Below, one piece after another: positions 55,770-64,000 of a DNA stretch of 64,000 nt. This DNA is from Macrostomum lignano. Taxonomy: Eukaryota. The stretch covers positions 156,249 to 220,248 of the forward strand of contig NIVC01001937.1 in NCBI GenBank assembly GCA_002269645.1, read 5' to 3'. The notes beneath the pieces were generated by a model. The model saw only the letters and a program-made list of their open reading frames with translations, did not search any database and was not told the DNA's origin. The stretch's first letter is position 1; every line of letters starts with the position of its first letter. A program made the position numbers and the translations under genes.

Positions 55770-57407
55770 ATATGATAGCAGCACCCAATGCACACCTATG
55801 ATAGCAGCACCCAATGCACACCTATGATAGCAGCACCCAATGCACACCTATGATAGCAGCACCCAATGCAGCACCTATGATAGCAGCACCCAATGCAGCA
55901 CCTATGATAGCAGCACCCAATGCAGCACCTATGATAGCAGCACCCAATGCAGCACCTATGATAGCAGCACCCAATGCACACCTATGATAGCAGCACCCAA
56001 TGCAGCACCTATGATAGCAGCACCTATGATAGCAGCACCTATGATAGCAGCACCTATGATAGCAGCACCCAATGCACACCTATGATAGCAGCACCCAATG
56101 CACACCTATGATAGCAGCACCCAATGCAGCACCTATGATAGCAGCACCCAATGCAGCACCTATGATAGCAGCACCCAATGCAGCACCTATGATAGCAGCA
56201 CCCAATGCAGCACCTATGATAGCAGCACCCAATGCAGCACCTATGATAGCAGCACCCAATGCAGCACCTATGATAGCAGCACCTATGATAGCAGCACCCA
56301 ATGCAGCACCTATGATAGCAGCACCTATGATAGCAGCACCTATGATAGCAGCACCTATGATAGCAGCACCCAATGCACACCTATGATAGCAGCACCCAAT
56401 GCACACCTATGATAGCAGCACCCAATGCAGCACCTATGATAGCAGCACCCAATGCAGCACCTATGATAGCAGCACCCAATGCAGCACCTATGATAGCAGC
56501 ACCCAATGCAGCACCTATGATAGCAGCACCCAATGCAGCACCTATGATAGCAGCACCTATGATAGCAGCACCTATGATAGCAGCACCTATGATAGCAGCA
56601 CCCAATGCACACCTATGATAGCAACACCCAATGCAGCACCTATGATAGCAGCACCCAATGCAGCACCCAATGCAGCACCTATGATAGCAGCACCCAATGC
56701 ACACCTATGATAGCAACACCCAATGCAGCACCTATGATAGCAGCACCCAATGCAGCACCTATGATAGCAGCACCCAATGCAGCACCTATGATAGCAACAC
56801 CCAATGCAGCACCTATGATAGCAGCACCCAATGCAGCACCTATGATAGCAACACCCAATGCAGCACCTATGATAGCAGCACCCAATGCAGCACCTATGAT
56901 AGCAACACCCAATGCACACCTATGATAGCAACACCCAATGCACACCTATGATAGCAACACCCAATGCACACCTATGATAGCTACACCCAATGCAGCACCT
57001 ATGATAGCAGCACCCAATGCAGCACCTATGATAGCAGCACCCAATGCAGCACCTATGATAGCAACACCCAATGCAGCACCTATGATAGCAGCACCCAATG
57101 CAGCACCTATGATAGCAACACCCAATGCAGCACCTATGATAGCAGCACCCAATGCAGCACCTATGATAGCAACACCCAATGCAGCACCTATGATAGCAGC
57201 ACCCAATGCAGCACCTATGATAGCAACACCCAATGCAGCACCTATGATAGCAGCACCCAATGCAGCACCTATGATAGCAACACCCAATGCAGCACCTATG
57301 ATAGCAGCACCCAATGCAGCACCTATGATAGCAACACCCAATGCAGCACCTATGATAGCAACACCCAATGCAGCACCTATGATAGCAGCACCCAATGCAG
57401 CACCTAT
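55770..57407. repeat. 27-bp minisatellite (ATGATAGCAGCACCCAATGCAGCACCT) with 26- and 15-bp variants
   Basis: Fills the gap between the MTG1 stop and the DnaJ start; explains all CCIGCCYHR/GAAII ORFs. Confidence 0.97.
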
Positions 57408-57645
57408 TACAAAACATGTGAGATTGCTAACGAGCAAAAATTAGAAAAAAGAGTAACAAGCTACAGACGAGAATGGATGCCAAAAGAGACCATCTCTAAT
57501 CACTCGGAGTGTTTATTACTTATTACTGTTTATTAAAGTGCTATTCTACAAGCGGCTTTTCTCACTTATAAGATTATCAGATCGCATACAAAGGCTAGCT
57601 AAAATGAATAAAATGCATCTTTAAGCGTCTTTTAAATCCAAGCAA

Positions 57646-60600
57646 TCAATGGTGCAACTTGGCCGCTGCGCCCTTGGAATAGGCGAATGGCAATGGCGGA
57701 TCGGCCGGCAGGTCGGACGGCAGCTGGTCGAGCACCAGCCGGCCAAGCAGGCCCTGGTTGAAGTGGCGCAGCAGGGCCTGCGCTCCGGCTACCAGGTTGG
57801 GCCCGTGCACCAGCTGGCCGGTGTGAAAGTTGCGGTGCGCCTGCACCAGGCGGTGCTTCCGGCAGATGCCTGGGGTTTGGGATTGATGACTCTGTCTATA
57901 TTGGAGGCCGGAACTGCAGCTGCGAACTGGAAATCTCACTACTTGAATCTCACCACAATCCGTTAAAATTAATATTAACCTGACTGGGAATCTCACCTAT
58001 GCAGATAGCAATCAGTATGGAAATCTCACCTATGCAGATAGCAATCAGTATGGAAATCTCACCTATGCAGATAGCAATCAGTATGGAAATCTCACCTATG
58101 CAGATAGCAATCAGTATGGAAATCTCACCTATGCAGATAGCAATCAGTATGGAAATCTCACCTATGCAGATAGCAATCAGTATGGAAATCTCACCTATGC
58201 AGATAGCAATCAGTATGGAAATCTCACCTATGCAGATAGCAATCAGTATGGAAATCTCACCTATGCAGATAGCAATCAGTATGGAAATCTCACCTATGCA
58301 GATAGCAATCAGTATGGAAATCTCACCTATGCAGATAGCAATCAGTATGGAAATCTCACCTATGCAGATAGCAATCAGTATGGAAATCTCACCTATGCAG
58401 ATAGCAATCAGTATGGAAATCTCATCTATGCAGATAGCAATCAGTATGGAAATCTCACCTATGCAGATATCTCTCACCCTGCGATCAAAGCAATTAAATA
58501 AGCGCCAACCAACCTGCCAGCAGGTCCCGCACATCGGTGACCGGGCCCTCCAGATCGTACAGCTTAACATAGCTTCTCTCGCCTCGAACGTTGAGCAGGT
58601 GCAACAGGTAGTCGGCGATAACCTGCGAGTCGATCTGGTTGAGATCCATGCAGCCGCAGGCGCCCAATTTCAGCATGTTGCCAATGTCGTCTTTGAACTC
58701 GGGATCAAGGATGCCTGGCGAGTCCAGTACGTATACAGGGGGGTCCTGGCACACCTGCGTTATTAAAAATTGTTAGATATTTTGTACTAATTAGGCTAAT
58801 GCAGAAGGATGCTTTCAATTCGAGACTGGATATTGAGACTTACAATGCCGACTTTCACTGTATTATCTATATTAAGGGTGAGATTCCAATCCTACATACC
58901 ATCCCAAGTGTAAGACTCCCATCCTACATACCCTCCCAAGTGTGAGACTCCCATCCTACATACCCTCCCAAGTGTGAGACTCCCATCCTACATACCCTCC
59001 CAAGTGTGAGACTCCCATCCTACATACCCTCCCAAGTGTGAGACTCCAATCCTACATACCCTCCCAAGTGTGAGACTCCCATCCTACATACCCTCCCAAG
59101 TGTGAGACTCCCATCCTACATACCCTCCCAAGTGTGAGACTCCCATCCTACATACCCTCCCAAGTGTGAGACTCCCATCCTACATACCCTCCCAAGCATA
59201 CATGCGCAACCTCCAAATTTCGGTCGGCCATGCGACTTAGTTTTAACAAAAATGCGACGTATTTTTGGCCAAAAATGCGACTTACATGTAAAAAAACCCG
59301 AAAGCAAAATTAACGCAACTTTGGGTAAACGGCAGGAGTAACTATGACTGTCTTATAAAGCCAAAATGCCTCGTCAGCTACTTAGTACTACTACTCTGTG
59401 TTTTTTCGGGTTGGCATTTTTGCGACTTCCTTGGTTGGCCGCCAAATCGGTCGGCCGGATCGGCCGACTGTTGCGCATGTATGCTCCCAAGTGTGAGACT
59501 CCAATCCTACATACCCTCCCAAGTGTGAGACTCCCATCCTACATACCCTCCCAAGTGTGAGACTCCCATCCTACATACCTCCCAAGTGTGAGACTCCAAT
59601 CCTACATACCCTCCCAAGTGTGAGACTCCCATCCTACATACCCTCCCAAGTGTGAGACTCCCATCCTACATACCACACTACAGGCGGGATTTCCTGCCTG
59701 CTCAATGAAGCCCACCATAGCAACGCACCAGTATCCGTTCTCCAACAACCCGAGTCACGCCGGCCAGTTTGCCAACCCTGGCGGCGGCCTTCTTGCCGGA
59801 GTGATAGGTGCGCAGTGCATTAATTAGGGAACTCTTGCCAACATTTGGCACGCCGGCAATCATGATGTTGAATTCGCGCTTGTCTGGCCTGAACTGCGAG
59901 GCCAATTGAAGCAGGCCGGACATCAGGCTGGTCAGGGTGCGGCCCTGTGAAGGTAGGGGTGTAGGGAAGGAGACTAAAGCTGGCAGAATAGTGAATCCTT
60001 ATCATAACTAAAACGGCCCTTTTCAGGGCTTATAAAATAAATTTATTATGTATTAATGTATTCTAAGTACTAATGTTCGTGAAGTTTTTTCTATAATTTA
60101 TTAACCAACTAAATACTTTCGATGGAACCCGATCAAGATTCATTAGTTAAAATCTAATATTTATCATTAGGGATACACAACACAAGCCAAGCTCAAACTA
60201 TTGGATTCCTTCATCCGCTTCTTTGTGAAGATAATATTTACCACAATTTTCACTCTCTTTGGTTGGGTGTCCCATATAAAGCGGAAACGGTCACAAAACA
60301 TGAGTCACAAATCACAATAAACAGTCACAAAACACGGTCACAATGAACAGTCACAAAGCACGCTTACGATTAACAGTCACAAACACAGACTGGGTTTTTT
60401 AAAGGTTGGAAATCCAGTTGCCAATGGCTATTTTTGGTTGCCCATTGGCAACTAGCCAAATTCTTGAGGATAAATATTTCCAAGACACTAAATTTTGAGT
60501 AACATGTACATATTATACTAACAATAACAATAACAAACTAACAATTCTATCATATCATATCAATTCATATGGCGCTTTTTTACACTTACAAAAACAATTT

Positions 60601-61602
60601 TTGAAATTGGCAACTGGCACGGGGAAAATGAAGTTGCCAGATTGGCCTCTGATGCCTAAAATCCAGTTGCCAATGGCTTTTTTGGGTAGCCAGTGGCTAC
60701 CGTATGGCCTAAAAAAACCAGGAACACAGATACAATTAGCAGTCACAAAGCACGGTCACGATTAACAGTCACAAAACACGGATACAATTAGCAGTCACAA
60801 AACACGGTCACAGTGAACAGTAACAAAACACGGATACAATTAGCAGTCACAAAACACGGTCACAGTGAACAGTAACAAAACACGGATACAATTAGCAGTC
60901 ACAAAACACGGTCACAGTGAACATTTACAACACACGGTCACAATGAACAGACACAAAACACGGATACAGTTAGCAGTCACAAAGCACAGTCACAGTGAAC
61001 AGTCACAAAACACGGCCACAAAACAGTCACCTGCTGACTGGACATAAAAAACGTCACAAAGCACGGTCAAAACACGATAACAGGCTACAATCGTCGCAGG
61101 CCTAAATGATGGCGAGTTTAGTTTTTATCGGTAATAAAAATTGACAAAGGCACAAAAATAAACGCATTCATATAGCAATGCACTACAGAATGCTGCACCA
61201 ACCAGTTCAGCTGACGAAGTGCGCAGGCTGCAGTGAAACACACGACTGCTGGGACCCTCGCGCTCCTCCATAAACCGCTTCCAGGACGCTCGAGCGCTGG
61301 GCGCCACCAAGTCGCCTTGTTCAGCACAAGGGCGTGCGGCCTGGCAGCCCGGCTGTCCTCAAACAGGCGAGCCCGACCAGTTATTGGGATGCGAGCGTCG
61401 TGTACTTCAACAAATGCATCGACCGCGGCCAGCTTCTGGTTGATGCGCTTCCGACCTTTGTGTATATGGCCAGGGTGCCACATTAGGCTTTCCTTGGACA
61501 CAGTCGCAGCTCATGGCGGTTTCTTGTCAAGCTTGATTGGGCGTCGGCACTGTTGCCATGGCAACACCGGAGACTGCGCCAATAGATGATGCGCTGCTGC
61601 AT
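57646..61602 (-). CDS. MTG1: Mitochondrial ribosome-associated GTPase 1 (YlqF/RbgA family); exons 61203-61602 (two apparent 1-nt deletions), 59729-59944, 58514-58754, 57646-57869
   Basis: [24 protein letters not shown]1 motif [16 protein letters not shown]3 motif VLDSPG, C-terminal [25 protein letters not shown]. Exons 2-4 are intact (phases 0,0,1). Exon 1 needs frame changes at ~61483 and ~61316, so this is either a sequence error or a pseudogene. Confidence 0.88.
57990..58468. repeat. 33-bp minisatellite (GGAAATCTCACCTATGCAGATAGCAATCAGTAT)
   Basis: About 14 nearly perfect units; intron 3 of MTG1. Confidence 0.97.
58880..59680. repeat. 32-bp minisatellite (TGTGAGACTCCCATCCTACATACCCTCCCAAG) interrupted by a MITE
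   Basis: Directly visible; intron 2 of MTG1. Confidence 0.96.
59197..59483. mobile_element. MITE family A copy, 287 bp, 8-bp TSD
   Basis: TIR CATACATGCGCAAC; TSD CTCCCAAG at 59189-59196 and 59484-59491; homologous throughout to 24337-24634. Confidence 0.93.
60290..61075. repeat. Degenerate CACAAAACACGGTCACAGTGAACAGT-type repeat, intron 1 of MTG1
   Basis: Recurring ACAGTCACAAAACACGG motifs on both sides of the MITE at 60390. Confidence 0.8.
60390..60722. mobile_element. MITE family B copy, 333 bp, 8-bp TSD
   Basis: Imperfect TIR (CTGGGTTTTTTT / AAAAAAACCAGG), internal inverted AATCCAGTTGCCAATGGC motifs, TSD AACACAGA at 60382-60389 and 60723-60730. Confidence 0.85.
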
Positions 61603-61711
61603 TGGCAGCTTGTTGCAAACAGTGGCAGCCTTAAAAATCGTTAGAAACAATTTCAGATGAATGAGACCTTCTTATAATATCATTATTATTGCACAAGGGC
61701 TGTGCTGTGGG

Positions 61712-61950
61712 CATACATGCGCAACTGCTGGCCGACCTGGCCGATCCGGCCACCGTAAATTGTGGTAGACGAAGTAGCGAAAATGCCCACCCCAAAGAAC
61801 AGACGTGGTACTATACTAATTAGCTGACGAGGCACTTAGCCTTAATAAGCCAGCATAGTTACCCCTGCCGTTTACCCAAAATTGTATTAATCTTGCTCTA
61901 GGGTTTCTTTCACAAGTAAGTCGCATTTTTTGTCAAAAAGTAAGTCGCAT
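61712..61950. mobile_element. Older, truncated, reverse-oriented MITE family A copy just upstream of MTG1
   Basis: One TIR CATACATGCGCAAC at 61712 and reverse-complement similarity to the family A interior (TAGCTGACGAGGCA, CCTGCCGTTTACCCAAA, GTAAGTCGCATTTTT). Confidence 0.75.
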
Positions 61951-64000
61951 GGTTTAACCTGTTCTTATAGTTTAACCCTCAAAAGGTTAAGCCACAATAA
62001 CAGAAAAGGCTCTATAAGAAATACATGGCAATCTTTCCTTACTTTCCACTCCCCTAAAAATTCTAAGAAAATAACAAGGTACTGTGAGGTAATATTTATT
62101 TTAAATAGTATTTTTCTTATAAAATTTATCTTTCAAGAAAAGTTAGGTCAGGATATAGTTCACTTTAAAAATATAATTAGCTTATTCTATAATAAATTTA
62201 TTTAAATAATTAGCCATATATTTAGTAAGGGACAGCTTTATTTCTAATAGTCACAATTTCTAATACTCTAATAATCTAAAATAATTTTAAATTGCTAAAT
62301 TTCCAATAATCTCAAATTTGCTATTAAAGTGGTGAATCTCATTTCCCATTTAAGGGGATTCTAATTTTCTTAAAGATAGTTATAAAATATAATAAAAGCT
62401 TAGTAATTACAACAATATTAGAGGTCAACATGAAAATAAAATATTTTATAGTTAGTTCTAATTAAATTTATTTTAAAATCAGTAATTTTTTAGGAAAAAT
62501 TATTATAGGCCTAACTTAACTTTTCTTTAAAAGATCATTTTAATTAGTTAAAAACATTTTTTAGAATTTATAAAAGGTACAAAAAGGATTTAAAAAATGG
62601 CCTATCATGGGCCCATGAGACCCTAAGACTTTATTAAAGGGTTAAACATTTTATTTAATTGTTTTTATTTAATAATCAAATTAATAATAGTCCTAATTTT
62701 TATAAATTATATACTATCTTACTTACAATTATTAATAGGCATATATCATCTATTAGAAATAAAGGTTTATTAAGTTTAAGATATAATAATAATATAATTT
62801 TAACAATTTAAAAATATTTAAATGGAAAGCTTACTCAATCTTAAAAATCCTTTTAATAATATTAATATTTAATATATGCTAATATTTAAATTTATGCTAG
62901 ATGGCTAGCTAAGTCAAGATTAAAAATAAGAATAAAATGCACAAAACTTTTGTAGCCAACAAAGAACAAGCTTGAATTATATGATAGTGATAAATACAAA
63001 TAAAAATTGATTAGAAAGATGCATACCAGGGTAGAATTTAGGGGTCGGACGTGATCACGATTGTGATCACGATTTCATGAATTCAGACCATTTTTTTCAC
63101 GATCGTGATTTCCTTGAAACCCGTTCATGATCCAGTCATGAATTTCTGCTTTATTACATTTTTATTAGAATAACTTTTCTACTTGGTTTACCAAAATGTG
63201 AATACAAATGTGTAAAAGAGTAATAAATTTTAAATTTGTTGACTTGACAGCATTACTGAGTAGCTATTATCAATTTATAAATATTTCTTTTCTTGTTTTG
63301 TTATTTTCAACACTTGTAACTTACGAGCTCAAAATATGTGTATGCAAATATAAATTTACGATCACAATCACAATCACGCCCGACTTTGAAAATTTCATGA
63401 AATTTCACGCCGACTAAAATTTTCTGCTCATTTGACCTCTAGGCCTAGTAGAATTCATCCCAAAAACAAATAAAATGTTTTTTGCAAAAAGTAAAAAATT
63501 GAATGTATATTGCTATTGGTGCAAGTCTTCATTCAAAATAAAATATTGTGAGGTACTAAAGCCTAAGGGCAACTTATCCATTACCTAAAAGGCTAATAGA
63601 TAAGCAAAACTATCTATTTCTTAGACTCTTTAGAAAGGGGACCACATTGTAAATATTGGCACCACTAGATCTACCTGAAAGACTGCAGCACTAGTTGCCT
63701 ATGGTTGCCAGGGCTTAATGAAATAGATAGCAACACCTCCTTGCTATATCCAGATGTATGTATGGAGCAACTTGCAGGCTACAGCTTAGTCAAGTAAATC
63801 AAAGCCTGAATGTGAATGAGCTTTAATAAATTTATAATGACACCAGGCACTAGTATTTCTATTGCTACATTTAAATTCAACAATATCCATGCCCTTCTAG
63901 CAAAAAAATCTATTGTTTTGTGCACTTTTCTTGGTCAAATTTTTTTGTTTTGGCATGCTTGATGATATATTATATATAAAGTAGGCTTACATGAATACCT

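Noticed and set aside
63027-63430. MITE with GTCGG(A/G)CGTGAT subterminal inverted motifs
   Set aside because: An inverted similarity exists, but termini and TSD could not be fixed.

Overview
Eukaryotic, intron-rich animal DNA: GC-rich exons, AT-rich spacers and introns packed with private minisatellites. This style resembles a free-living flatworm such as Macrostomum, which is my inference and has not been tested. Most long ORFs in the supplied track are tandem-repeat artefacts. By hand-splicing I can support 10 genes: two tandem cyclophilins (+); two head-to-head 4-exon neuropeptide precursor genes (one -, one +) that the ORF track misses; two tandem divergent PKA-catalytic-like kinases (+) lying between those two; and four minus-strand genes encoding a SOCS-box protein, an ARM-TIR-SAM protein, a DNAJB12/14-type co-chaperone and MTG1, the last with two apparent 1-nt frameshifts in exon 1. 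Mobile DNA includes Crypton, mariner and RTE-like relics, a Harbinger-like element, a 6.85 kb TIR element splitting a minisatellite, and two MITE families with 8-bp TSDs. The top lead is the neuropeptide pair. The predicted cyclic peptide V-C-(A/T)-DGVNL-H-Y-C-Y-(A/S)-W-N-V-KR has the same C-x6-H-x-C-x3-N-x-KR spacing as lophotrochozoan excitatory peptide (EP, CCHamide family) but lacks the amide-donor Gly. All three duplicated gene pairs show sharply bounded patches of near-identity suggestive of gene conversion.
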